Made by a program: the position numbers and the translations under genes. The notes beneath the pieces were generated by a model. It saw only the letters and a program-made list of their open reading frames with translations. It was not told where the DNA came from and did no database searches. Shown here piece after piece: positions 10,840-22,664 of a stretch of 64,000 bases of DNA (its first letter is position 1; every line of letters begins with the position of its first letter). Location of the stretch: assembly GCA_002269645.1 (NCBI GenBank), contig NIVC01002553.1, positions 98,112-162,111 of the forward strand. Direction: 5' to 3'. The stretch comes from Macrostomum lignano (lineage: Eukaryota).

Positions 10840-12558
10840 CTAAGGCCGACGCGGAGTCCTCGGAGCAATGCCAGCCGCCGAGAACAGGCCGCTAAGCGGA
10901 CCCGGCCGGACCGTCTGTTCCGCGGCGTAGGCCGCCTCAAGGCTGGCGCCGCCGCCGCCGCCGCCGCGGGCAGCCGTCCCGCTCAGCTCGGCGTCCATCT
11001 GGCGCATGTATCGACGCATCAGAATCCGCTGACGTCTAGCGACATCGGCACTTTCGTTGGCCTCTCCATCGGCACCTTCACCATCGGAGACTGTCTCTTC
11101 ATCAACATCGTCCGAATCTTCATCCTCAGCTTCGTCAGTCTCAGCATCTTCATTGTCATCGTCGCTATCAACAAATTGGTCGAATATTTTATTTAACGAC
11201 GCTACTAAACCTTCGGCGTCTATGTCGATTTTGTTCGACAATTTTGTCGACTCGAAATCTGTCGCTTTTGTTGTCGACTTCGAGTTCGTCGATTTCGCAG
11301 ACTCCACGCCGTCTAGTCCGGATTCGGCGCGCAGGAACTCGGCAAATGTTCCGGCGGCGCCATCCTCAGCCAGATCGGCCAGGTCTACCGGACACCGGCC
11401 GGACACCCGGGCCATCAGTTCGTCCAGCTGGTCGGGCGTCACGGTTAGCCAATCGTCCGAGTCCGGACACTCGACGCTGTCAGGCACCGGCGGAGCCGAA
11501 CGACACAGTCGCGACAACAGGCGACTTGACGCCTCTAAATCGTCGAAATCGTCGTCATCGGCGCCGTCATCAGGGTCGGCTCCAGCCGGACACTTATCCA
11601 GCAGAATCTCCGCCCCGTGAGTGAGCATCAAGCCCAGCTGCATCGCTCGCCGGTGCTCGGACACCTCCTGCGTTGTCATCGGCGCTTTAGCAGCCATCGA
11701 GTCTTCAGCCGCCGCCCAGTCCGAGCGCCGATCGGCGGCGTATCCAGCCTCCGCCTGCGACATCAGCTGGGCGTAGCGGCATCGATTCAACAGCGATGTG
11801 CAGAGCGTCAGCCTGTCGCCGGCCGTCAGCAGCGAGCAACGTCGCCGACATCGACGCGCCTCCTTGGCATCTCGCTGACAGAAAGCGGCCGCCACCGGCC
11901 CGACAAGATCCGGCCGCACGGCCAGAGCGGCGGCCAGACTGGCCGGCAGGAAGACGCGCGCTCGATGCACCGCCGGCTGCTCGTCAAGCAGCGCGGCCGC
12001 CCGCCGGGTCAAGCAGCTCTGCGCGGCGTCGGTCAGGCATTCGACAGAGTCGGAAGCGGCCAGCAATCGCAGTGCTTTACTCAGCTCGACACCGCCGCTG
12101 CCACCATCTCGCCAGGTCAGCAGGTGCAGCCGGCCAGCCATTAGCCAAGCTCGATTGTCCGAAGTCTCCGGCTCCAGCCAATCCGGCAGGTAGTCGGCCG
12201 TCTCGGCCAGCAAAAATTGACCATCCTCGTCTACAATGTCGGCCGCTAGGACGACTTCGGACAGTTGCTTAGTAACAGCTAGCAATATTCGGACAATCAT
12301 CCATTCATCGTGGACGCAATCGCCAACTCGGACGAGACCGTGCAAGTGTCCGAAATCGACTGTTCCCCGGTCAGTTACGTCCGCCGGACACAGATTGAAC
12401 GGCCGTTCGTGCCAGGCATGTCCGGCCGATACGGCGCCAGCCACTGAAAGGCAGCGGCGGCGCAGCTCGGACAGGCTGTGCGCCCCGTCTGGCCGGGGGA
12501 AAATTCTGTAGGCAACTTCGCCCGGGTCGAGGTCGCGACTGCTGCTCTGAGCCTGCAT
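10840..12558 (-). CDS. ECD: Ecdysoneless (ECD/SGT1 family) homolog, intronless, about 572 aa from the first ATG
   Basis: HAWHERPFNL, HLHGLVRVGDCVHDEWMIV, DEDGQFLLAETADYLPDWLEPETSDNRAWL, DSDDWL, acidic tail, YMRQMDAEL, GPLSGL are ECD family motifs. Confidence 0.92.
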   Translation of the reverse strand: MQAQSSSRDLDPGEVAYRIFPRPDGAHSLSELRRRCLSVAGAVSAGHAWHERPFNLCPADVTDRGTVDFGHLHGLVRVGDCVHDEWMIVRILLAVTKQLSEVVLAADIVDEDGQFLLAETADYLPDWLEPETSDNRAWLMAGRLHLLTWRDGGSGGVELSKALRLLAASDSVECLTDAAQSCLTRRAAALLDEQPAVHRARVFLPASLAAALAVRPDLVGPVAAAFCQRDAKEARRCRRRCSLLTAGDRLTLCTSLLNRCRYAQLMSQAEAGYAADRRSDWAAAEDSMAAKAPMTTQEVSEHRRAMQLGLMLTHGAEILLDKCPAGADPDDGADDDDFDDLEASSRLLSRLCRSAPPVPDSVECPDSDDWLTVTPDQLDELMARVSGRCPVDLADLAEDGAAGTFAEFLRAESGLDGVESAKSTNSKSTTKATDFESTKLSNKIDIDAEGLVASLNKIFDQFVDSDDDNEDAETDEAEDEDSDDVDEETVSDGEGADGEANESADVARRQRILMRRYMRQMDAELSGTAARGGGGGGASLEAAYAAEQTVRPGPLSGLFSAAGIAPRTPRRP

Positions 12559-12699
12559 TGGCGGGGTGGTCGAGGGGAAGAGCTGAACACTGCCATACTG
12601 CCCTATGGGGTCGGGGGAAGGGGGGGGGTTCGGCAAACTCCAATCCGGCTCGCGAATCCTTTGAAACTGAACCTGAGCAATCCGGCCCGCTCAGGGTTT

Positions 12700-12880
12700 G
12701 TCTTCCCTCTCTCCTCTTTTCTCCCACCTCTATTCTCCTCTCTCCCCTCTTCCTTCCTCTCTCCCCTCTTCCCTCCTCTCTCCCCTCTTCCCCCCTCCCC
12801 CTCCCCTCTTCCCTCCTCTCTCCCCTCTTCCCCCTCCCCCTCCTCTCTCCACTCTTCCCTCCTCTCAAACTTCTCAAATT
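12700..12880. repeat. Polypyrimidine low-complexity tract
   Basis: C/T only. Confidence 0.9.
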
Positions 12881-12964
12881 GAGGCTACGGGGGAAGCCAA
12901 GCTATGCTAACAAAGACTAATGAGTACACAGTTTAGTGTATTATTCCATAATTTGCCTTTACTG

Positions 12965-13043
12965 CCCGTCTGTCTGTCTATAGCGACTGTGTTTGTCTGT
13001 CTGTAGAGCCTGTCTGTCTGTCTGTCTGTCTATCTGTAGAGCC

Positions 13044-13090
<47 letters not shown>

Positions 13091-13260
13091 AGAGCCTGTC
13101 TGTCTGTGTGTAGAGCCTGTCTGCCTGTCTGTCTATAGCGAGTGTCTGTCTGTCTATAGCGACTGTCTGTCTGTCTGTAGAGCCTGTCTGTCTGTCTGTC
13201 TATAGCGACTGTCTGCCTGTCTGTAGAGCCTGTCTGTCTGTCTGTCTGTGTCTACAGTGG
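12965..13260. repeat. (CTGT)n microsatellite with AGAGC/AGCGA interruptions
   Basis: Direct inspection. Confidence 0.9.
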
Positions 13261-14184
13261 CTGTCTATTCCTTGGAGCCTATGTGCCAATCATTAGTGTC
13301 AATGCAATGAACAAAACTCCTAATGGCAATACTAACTAATAATAAAAGACCAAAGAGTAACCATGCAAGGATCTGAATTGCTAGTCTTAGTCGGGATGAT
13401 TAAATCATCAATCAATTAGCGCAGATGGGCGCCCTTCATAGAAAACCCATATACCAGCCACCTTCGGTGCATCAAATTTCGCCTTCTTAATAGGCCTTAT
13501 ATAGGAAATAAAAACCATTATTAATTTATCTACAGTCCTATAGTATGGACGTTCTACAAGTCTACCTATATAACATATTGAAATGGAAAGAAAGCCAGCA
13601 AGAAGAAGTTAAGACGACACCGAATATTTGCATATATTTTATTGACCAAGAAAGCAGAAAAAAAAACAAAAAATATCAATAATTTTAATAACGAAAAAGG
13701 AATTTTAAAATATTGAAAACGCGATCAAATTAACGTGACGGAGACATTATTTAATTAGTCAATAATAATTATTCCATCTAAGACTGAAGTCAGGGCTAAG
13801 AAAAGCATATATTTATCCAATTAGTGAAAGACATTAAACAACAGACACTTGCGCAACCAATTGAAATAACTAATACTCAAGCTTATTATTATGCAATTAT
13901 AGCATATATGCATATACAAAAAAACACAGACTGGCATCTACAGAAAGACTACAAAAAACCAGTGCTTAGTTAAAAAAGACAAGGAAACAAAGACTCGAAA
14001 AAGGGCCTGACTGAAATATGAATAATATCCATACATGGCATCTTATATAATATTAGAATGAGACAGCAATCAATGAGGTGAATAGGTGATGACTTATTTG
14101 TAGTCCAACAAGATCAAGCTAATGACTGAGGGTAAACGGCTGGAGTAAATATTACTGCCAATGCAAATTAAAGTGCTTCGTCAT

Positions 14185-15406
14185 CTAATTAGTCATTGAG
14201 GACGAATCAGACGAGGCCGTCACAGTGTCGAATTCGACAGTTTTGTCGCTGACGCCCGCAGTGCGACGGCGCCCGACCGATGACTGCGGCGGCGGCGGCG
14301 ACGAGTTTCGGCGACAACGGCGACGCTTCCTTGGCAACAGAGGTCCTGAAGAGTCCCAGGGTGTCAATGGATAGGTGAGATTTTGTTAATTGATTAGATG
14401 CTTAATTAGCTAATAGTCAGATTTAATAATTGATGGAGTGGGATTGATTAGCTGATCGAGTGAGATTGATTAGTTCATAGAGTGAGATTGATTAGCTGAT
14501 ACGGTAAGATTGATCAGTTGATACAGTGAGATTGATTAACTGATAAAGTGAGATTGATTAACTGATAGAGTGAGATTGATTAACTGATAGAGTGAGATTG
14601 ATTAACTGATAGAGTGAGATTGATTAACTGATAGAGTGAGATTGATCAGTTGATACAGTGAGATTGATTAACTGATAAAGTGAGATTGATTAACTGATAG
14701 AGTGAGATTGATTAACTGATAGAGTGAGATTGATCAGTTGATACAGTGAGATTGATTAACTGATAAAGTGAGATTGATTAACTGATAGAGTGAGATTGAT
14801 TATTTTTTTTATTAGAGGCAGGGGGGTTGTGTGCACCCTGGCGCACTTTAAGCGACATAGGCACACAACCGGCGAGAGGCATTACTGCCCATTCCGCCGA
14901 CTCCCCTGAGCAGGCATACAAGCGCGCGGATACGTACGCAGGCACACACACACAGGTGTGTGAGATTGATTAGCTGATAGAGCATTTAAAAGTTAAATAT
15001 CATATATACCTTTAGAATCCTCGATAGCAGCGAGTTCGGCAGCCGCAGCAGCATCCGAGGCACCGAAGCACTGCTGCAGTGGCCTTCGCCGACTAGCGAG
15101 CCTGCCCATCCCCATGCACTTCTCCAGGTGGGGGGCCAATCTCGACGCTGCTAGGCGTCTGTGACAGTTCGGACAGCGACAAATTGGTGCAGACTGCTGC
15201 TGCTGCTGCTGCCGCTGAGTAGACACTGGAGACAACTCAGTCTGAGCCAATGTTGCTAGCTCTTCGTCAAGCATTAATAATCCCATTTTAGCTTCCATAT
15301 GGCACGAGAATATAGTGTCCATTGTTAAATCGTCTATAAGTTCGTTGACAATTATCCATAGGTCGTCATTAACATTGTCGGAATTGGGACTGGCAATATT
15401 AGCCAT
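14185..15406 (-). CDS. ATXN7L3: SAGA deubiquitination-module subunit Sgf11/ATXN7L3-like, 2 exons (15406-15010, 14345-14185)
   Basis: [13 protein letters not shown]...KMG plus zinc finger [26 protein letters not shown]. Phase-1 GT-AG intron joins SK-G|[16 protein letters not shown], a basic segment resembling ATXN7L3 KKRK...NSPRR. Confidence 0.88.
14440..14800. repeat. 22-bp minisatellite in the Sgf11 intron
   Basis: GAGTGAGATTGATTAACTGATA x about 16. Confidence 0.95.
14802..14957 (-). mobile_element. 5'-truncated inverted copy of the SINE at 15593
   Basis: Near-identical reverse complement of about 15800-15955 including the A tail; flanked by GTGAGATTGAT on both sides. Confidence 0.85.
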
Positions 15407-15592
15407 AAATGTGTTTAAATTCTTTTGATAAAATGGAGTTCTCAAATAAATAAAAAAAATATTTTACGATTTTCTAGATTTTCTACTCCCACTTTTTCTG
15501 ATTGAGCGACCCTAATGGAATACATTTTTAATAAACTACATGTAGCTTATCCTTGCAATAAACTCACTAATCCCCCCGTAAGCCTTAACACC

Positions 15593-15955
15593 AGGGGGGC
15601 CGTTGCCCAGCGGTAGCGCAGCTGCTCTGGTGTGCCAGCGACCCAGGCTCGATTCCAAGTGCAGTCACATTAATTTGGGGCTGAATTGGAATCTCGGCTT
15701 GGCTCTGCTCGTGCAATTAACGGCCTTGAGAGCCAACCCCTCAAGGCGCAGTGAAGTGTACATGCCTAACGATAATATAAAGTTAGGGCCGCTGTACACT
15801 CCTGTGTGAGTGTGTGCCTGCGTACGTATCCGCGCGCTTGTATGCCTGCTCAGGGGAGTCGGCGGAATGGGTAGTAATGCCTCTCGCCGGTTGTGTGCCT
15901 ATGTCGCTTAAAGTGCGCCAGGGTGCACACAACCCCCTGCCTCTAATAAAAAAAA
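15593..15955 (+). mobile_element. Full-length tRNA-derived SINE
   Basis: tRNA-like head GGGGGGCCGTTGCCCAGCGGTAGCGC (A box) ... GGCTCGATTCC (B box), 3' A tail, and 13-bp TSD AAGCCTTAACACC at 15580-15592 and 15954-15966. Confidence 0.88.
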
Positions 15956-16269
15956 GCCTTAACACCTCAACAATTCCTTCAGAAGCCTTAACATATCAGC
16001 TATTTCCCCAATGAGCCTTGACATCTCAGCGATGCCTCCCATAAGCCCACCCATCTCAGCAATTCCATGCGTAATTCCACGCTTCTTTTATTTCTTAGAT
16101 TACACTTGTTTTATGTTTTACATGAGGCTTCTATTTCTTATATGATGCCTCTTTTATGTCTGACATGACGCTTCTTCTTGGTCTACATGAAGCTTCTTTT
16201 ATTTCTTACATGACATTTCTTTTACGTTTTACATGGATGCTTCTTTCATGTTTGACATGATGCTTCTTT

Positions 16270-16722
16270 TATTTCTCATCTGATTTCCTATCTCTCCTCT
16301 CTGCTCCCTCATCTTTCCTCTCCTCTCCTCTCATCTCTCGTCTCTACTCTCTCCTATTCCCTTTTCTCACTCCTCTTTCTTCTCTTCCCTCTTCTCTTAT
16401 CTCCTCCCTCCTCTCTCAACTCCTCTCTGCTCTCATCTCTACTCTCTTCCTTCTCCTCTCTACTCTCTTCTCTTATCTCTTCTCTCTCCCCTAATATCTC
16501 TCCCTCTTCTCACTTCTACTCTCTCCTCTCTCCCTTTCTTCTCTTCCCTCCCCTCTTCTCTCCCCTGTCCTAACCCCCTCCTCTCCTCTTATCTTTCTTT
16601 TATCCCCTCTCTTGCCTCTCCTCTATTCTAATTGTCTATTCTTTCTTTCTACTCTTATCTGCTCCCCCAAACATGATCTGGATTGTTTATCTGGCCTTTG
16701 AGGTAAAGTCTGCCAACCCTTG
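16270..16722. repeat. C/T low-complexity tract ending in a decayed hAT-type terminus
   Basis: ATCTGGCCTTTGAGGTAAAGTCTGCCAACCC resembles the right end of the MITE at 39525-39563. Confidence 0.6.
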
Positions 16723-19160
16723 CTTTGAAAGCCAGTTTTTGGGATGTAGTACTCTTATGGTTGTATCTACAGCTTCACAAATCTAAATTGGTATAACAAC
16801 TAAAGAAATATGTTTTATTTTAGAGGCATTAAAATTTTAAAGTGACTAAGAAAAACTTAAAATGTTTAAATCTCCATGGTGTGAGTAATTTAGTAAGATA
16901 AAATTGCACTGCTTTTTCATAAAAAGTTGCTTTAAAAAACCATGCTGCATTGCCTTGCTAGTCTTTTGATTTGATTTCTATTTTCCTCATCCATTGGTAA
17001 GCTAAGACAGTGGTTAGTTAGAATCTTTTGCTAGTTAGTTAGAATTGGTAAAAATTGGAGTGGAACTACAGAGAAATAAGTGAAAAATGTACTTTTTAAG
17101 TAGTTTTTGCATTTATTTCTAGAAAAAAACTATAAAAAAATTGGAATTTTTTTAAAGAACAATTTTTTTAGGAATTTTAAGGTAGCCTAAGACATTTTCC
17201 ATAATGAGCTTAGTATAGGTGCAAAATTAGGTATAATTTGGTTGAGCAGTTTTAGCAGTTTCAATACACACGCACAGACAATTTTCATTTTCATACATAA
17301 AGATAAGTCAATGTATAAAAAGCTAAAAAATGATATCTTGTATTATTGGACATAGAAAACTGATGAAAAAAAGTTATTAAAAAAAGAACAGAATATAATT
17401 TTTCTATAAAATTCAAGATAGATTCTGTTGAAAAACTTGCATAGTTATGCAAACTTTTTGCAAAAATCTTGTGCAATGAGAAAAATGAAAGTTAGCATAA
17501 ATTATTTAAAAATGCTGATATTTGACTTGTAACATAAAACAAGTTTTTGCATATAAGAAGCAATAGGCTACCCTAAAAAGGTCCTTTATTATTGCAATAT
17601 AGAAAAAACTTCTGCAGTTTAGAGTAAAGAACTTGCATGAAAAATTTCTGCATAGCCATAGGTTTCTATTCCAAAATTACCATGCAAAGATTTTATCCTA
17701 GCAAAAATATTTGTTTTTGGGCAAAATTGTTGAAAAATTTTGAATATAGAATGTTGAAAAATTAGGATACAAAAAGTTTTATGATTTTCTTATTACTTGC
17801 CAAATTTTTAAAAGTAAGATGTCTTTTACCATAGTCTAGAAGTTGGCCTTTATGCCAGAAAATTCTAGCAAATTTTTGCTCTTGCTGACAATCTTGGCAT
17901 ACACTTAGCATATAGAATTTTCAGGTTTAATATTAAGTGTACATAGTTGGCATAAAAAAAGAAAAGTTCAGACCTAATGTAATTGTGTAGTTAAATATCA
18001 ACTAACTAAAGCTTTTCTAAAAATAATTGGTATAACTAAAATAAAGAATATAAATGCAAGTTACAAGAAAACAAAATTAAAACAAATAATATCAGTTCTT
18101 AGCAAACAACAGTTGTTTTCAAGTTTATTAAAGCTCTTAATTTTTTGAAAATATAAATTATATAAAAAAATTGGTATATAAACAACTTTAGGTTTGGTGT
18201 ACATTTTAACTTTTATATTGGCATAATATTGAAAACATGAATTTTCATTCTAGCATATGCCTGCCATGATCTAGACTATGGGTCTTTTACTTATACAAAA
18301 AATATTTATCATATCAAATAAGAAAAATATATTAACAATAAATTTCAAAATCTTACAGAACTCCCTAATAGGCTAGGCCTTTTGTCTAATACTTGTATTT
18401 AAGCCATAGCTAAATTATTAGGGCCTATTTAATAATATTCTTTTAAAAATTATAATAATTTATTTATAAAATTGTCATTAAATTTATATTATTATAGACC
18501 TATTATCCATTTTATTTTATACAATATACAATATATAATATACAATATACAATGTTTTATACATTATTTATCATGCTATCTTAGTATCTATATAAAAATA
18601 TAATTTAACTTTCTAAATTGAATCTTAAAAAAATGAAATTAGACCTTTTAGCTTGAATGCAACATTATATCTTATTTCCTATCATTTCTACTCCTCTATT
18701 TCTTTTCTACATATTGTTGTATAGTACAGCTTAGCCTAGCCCTAGCCTAGTTTATAATATATATATAAACCAATAAAAAGCAATATACCAATAGGTTTAA
18801 TAGTTATAAAACATGTCCCATTTGTTTGATCTCTATTGGGCTTTAGCTATATTTATTTAGGCCTTAATCTAAAATATAAAATATGTTTTATACAATTATA
18901 TTTATAGGCCTATTTTTTTCTTGTCTTTTTACAAAGTTAAAGTATCATAAACATTATATCCTAAATAAAAAATTGCAAAATTATAGTTCCAGGAACCATC
19001 ATTATTATATTGTATTATAGAGTCCACTAAAGTATTTTTATAAATTTACAAAAAAGTCCAATAACAATGTATTCAATATATATCAATATGATTAGTTAGG
19101 GGCAGCCTGGGCTGGGCAGGGCTTAATAATATATATATACAGATTACAGAGCAACAAGGC
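16700..19160 (+). pseudogene. AT-rich, CpG-erased relic, possibly of a CMC/EnSpm-like DNA transposase
   Basis: Stop-interrupted motifs ADNLGIH (17884), KHEFSF*HMPAMI*TMGLL (18233) and NFKILQNSL (18341) resemble GDNLG.H, KHH..HYP..I..GPL and NFKN...SL. Confidence 0.35.
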
Positions 19161-19567
19161 TAGCGTACAAGACTGCACTTCATTCATTAAATGATATCGT
19201 AATATCATGTCATATAATATTTGATAGATGTGTTTAAATTCAAGGTGAGTTCATGGTTCATGTTCGTGCCATGCACTGCACACTGAGGTCGTCGACACGA
19301 CTGAAACTGACCGTTTTAAACTCGTACGTTCCAGTTTTCTAATTGTACCTGAAAATCACGCCGTAACGGAATTATGTTAATGCACTCCATTAAACGACGG
19401 TATACATATTAAAATTTTACCAATTAGACAACAATTGTATCTGTATTTAAAGTAAATTGACAATACCTTAGTATCTTAGTACGACATAAGTACGACAAAA
19501 ACCGAAAGAACAAAGAATCTAGTAGAATTCTATAAAAAATAAGAAGCGAGCAACAGCGAGCAACCCT

Positions 19568-21845
19568 ATGGCAGACCAACTGGGCCGGATGCAGGAGCAG
19601 CTGACGGAGCTTGTCGCCACTGTCGCCGCCATTTTGCCGCCCAATGCCCAGGCCGACAACTGGTCCTCCCACGTGAAAGCAAAAGCCAAGCGTGCCTCAG
19701 CCATCCTGGCCCAGCTCCGACGAGCACTTGGCACTTCTTGGGGTCTATCCCCAAAGCGGCTTTGGTGGATCTATACTTCCGTAGATAGACCTGCAATTAC
19801 GTACGCCTCTGTTGTCTGGGTTAGCGCTACCCAGGTCAAAAGCCATGCAGACCTGCTCAACACGATCCAAGGCAGAGCGTGTAGGCTCATCTGCAACGCC
19901 ACCAGGTCCACGCCCTTTGCTGGCATGGGGGGCCTTCCTTAATCTTCCGCCTCTTGACCTCTTCATCAGGGGTGAGGCGGCTAGAACGACGCGGCGTCTA
20001 ATCGATGCCGGCGTCAAATTCATTTACATGAGAGCACCTGCTAAGCGGAACCTTGTCCCGCATAGCGATCTGTGCCTCAACTTTCTCAACGAGTGTCAGC
20101 CCAATCGCGTCTTCACCGATGGCATTGCCTCAACGCTCAACCTGAGACAGCGCTACTCCGTAGCTATCGACTCGCGCGATAACATCAATGACCAATGGAA
20201 CCCTGGTGAGCTTCATTGCTACACCGACGGTTCTAAGCAGTCAGCCAACACCGGCTTTGGTGTTGGAATCTTTCTGAACGGGAGGGTCATCGCTACTCAC
20301 GCTCAATACACTGGGGTCAACTCCAGTGTTTTCCAAAATGAAGTTCTGGCCATCAGCTCCTGCACTGCAGAGCTTCTCGCCACTGGCGTTACTGGTAAGA
20401 ACATCATTTTCCATTCGGACAGCCAAGCTGCCTTGCACGCCATCAGTGGCTGCAGCACCAACTCTGCTACAGTCCTCGACTGTATCAAACTCCTCAACGT
20501 GTTGGGTTCCGCCAACAAAATTACCCTTAAGTGGGTTCCGGGGCATGTGGGGATCCGAGGAAATGAGTTGGCTGATACCCTTGCAAAAGTTGGTGCCTCC
20601 GGCTCCTCTCTCGGCCCCGAACCTCTTGTCCCGATTCCTGGCTGTGTCATCGACTCGCGCATCAAAGCGTGGATCAGGACTCAGCACCGCTCGACTTGGG
20701 CGAACCGCACGAACTGCAGGCAATCCAGAGGCGCTGTCCCTCAGCCCTCTCACCAGCTCCGGAAGCTCCTCTTGCGCCTCTCGCGCAGCGACATCCGGGC
20801 TGCCACCATGACCCTCTCTGGTCACGGCTGCTTCTCCAGGCACCAGTACCTGCAGGGCAACGCCACCAACGCCACCTGTAGTTTCTGCAACTCAGGTGAC
20901 GAAACCGCTGAGCATTTCGTCAGCATCTGTCCCGCCTTCACGCGGGCCAGACTCACTTACCTCGGGCCACACACATCTATTACTGAAGCGTGCAAACCCG
21001 AAAACTTTAATCAGCTCATGCGCTACCTTCGGGCCACCCGCAGGGCTGAACTCTCCTTTCCAGAGAGCACTATAGCTGCTGGCGACACTGGGGACCTCCC
21101 TGGGCGGCGCCAACCCTCCGTCCATAGCGACGCGTCGGCCGTTCAGGGACTAGCGGAATGGGCGCCCGCGCCTTCCCGCTGTGTCCCCTCCGGGACAGCC
21201 CTGCAGCTAAGTCAAAGCCCAGGCCGACACTCTACGTCTCAGCGCCCCAGATCCCCTTGCTACCGCTGCTCGGGCAGAGGGCACCGCGCTGAGGCCTGTC
21301 CGACTCCGGCCTCGGGAAACTGCTGAGGACTGGTACTCGTGGGCCGTCACCAGCCCTCCTCAGCAAGGCCCGACCTGCCTCTCTATCTTCCTCCCCGATA
21401 GCATCGCCGGCCAGCGATCGTGTCGGTGGCTGTTCGACACCGGAGCGCAGCGCAGGTGACGCTCGTGTCGGCTGCAAAGCTACGACGGGCCCTCGGCATC
21501 AACGCGCAGCTTCAGCCGCCACTCAGCGCTCCAATCGGCATCGACGGCCGACATCTACTAGAATGCAGCTGTAAAGGACTCCCACCGATCATTCACCAGG
21601 TGACGAAGTTGCAGGCATTTCAGCCCGAGTGCGTTCTCCGCATGGATGCGATTGGCAAGATGGGGTCCGCCTATAGCGTGGACCTGCATGGGTGCAATTC
21701 TTCTGTCCAGCTGGGGCCGGCGATACCGATTCTACAGAACGCTTCCCAGCAGGCTTGTCAAGTGGTTCCGACTAGTGATCGCGATGGTGGCCCGCACTGT
21801 CGAGGTGCCAGCACGCAGCCGCATTATATATTATCGTTCTTGTGA
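19568..21845 (+). mobile_element. Degenerate Ty3/gypsy gag-protease remnant, interrupted by a LINE
   Basis: Coiled-coil-like MADQLGRMQEQLTELVATVAAI, CCHC knuckle CYRCSGRGHRAEAC followed by SGNC*, and aspartic protease LFDTGAQ-VTLVS (broken by a 5-bp GCGCA duplication) with VLRMDAI. Confidence 0.65.
19659..21216 (+). mobile_element. 5'-truncated non-LTR retrotransposon (R1/Loa-like; RT C-terminus + RNase H + CCHC)
   Basis: WSSHV...WGLSPKRLWWIYTSVDRPAITYASVVW; RNase H YTDGSK/NE/SDSQAAL/WVPGHVGIRGNELAD; CSFC...EHFVSIC; one frameshift in the G run near 19930; 13-bp TSD GCCCAGGCCGACA at 19646-19658 and 21217-21229. Confidence 0.88.
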
Positions 21846-22664
21846 GACTGGACTCTTTCTCTGAGCAAGGGCTTTTCGAGCCGAACTCTGACTTCACTGA
21901 CAAGATGGGGCTGCTGTGCTGTCCAGCACTGAAGATGGCCTTCCATGGGCGTCTGCAACCTGGGTGCCGGCTCATGCGTGATGCTGTACAAGAATCAGGC
22001 GATTGGCTAAATGCGCTGCAGGAAAAAAGCATTGCGGGCAAACCTCGACGGGCAAATCTCGACGGGCAAATCTCGACGGGCAAATCTCCTGCTAGAAAAT
22101 CTCGGCCAAGGACCACTAGAAGTTACCGTTCTGGATCCATCTGAGGCTCAAATGTAGTGCAAAAGCTTCTTTAAAACAGTCGAATAGAATGTTTTTTTGA
22201 AAGCAAGTACCGCTAAATACACATAAACAAGCGGGCATTCAAATAATTTTGCAATATTTACGGGTGTCCATTTCAAGAATCAATCCGATTGAAAACAAAA
22301 GCAAAAAATTATTCTGAAAAAACGGATTTTTTCCAAAAAATCTGATGGAATCGATTCCTCAGAGATTAAACGTTGAAAAAAGGCTCGTTAGCAATCTAAT
22401 AGAAATCTATGAACAATAGCCCAAGGTTACTCTTTCCTAGTGAAGCTTCATGCAGTAGGGAATCCAGATCATCATATCGATATCATACAAAATATATCAG
22501 CCTGTAAAGACTAGCTTGACAGGAAAAATCAATTCACTCACAATGCAAAACCCTCACAGAGATGGCAATCACGACTGCATGCTTGAATACGAAAGCTGAT
22601 TAGCTCGTATAAAAGCTGCAATGCGACTGCAGGGTTCACAGCCACTGTATTGCAGCAGTCAAAT

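Noticed and set aside
15593-15668. Functional tRNA gene
   Set aside because: The cloverleaf is incomplete and is followed by SINE body, A tail and TSD
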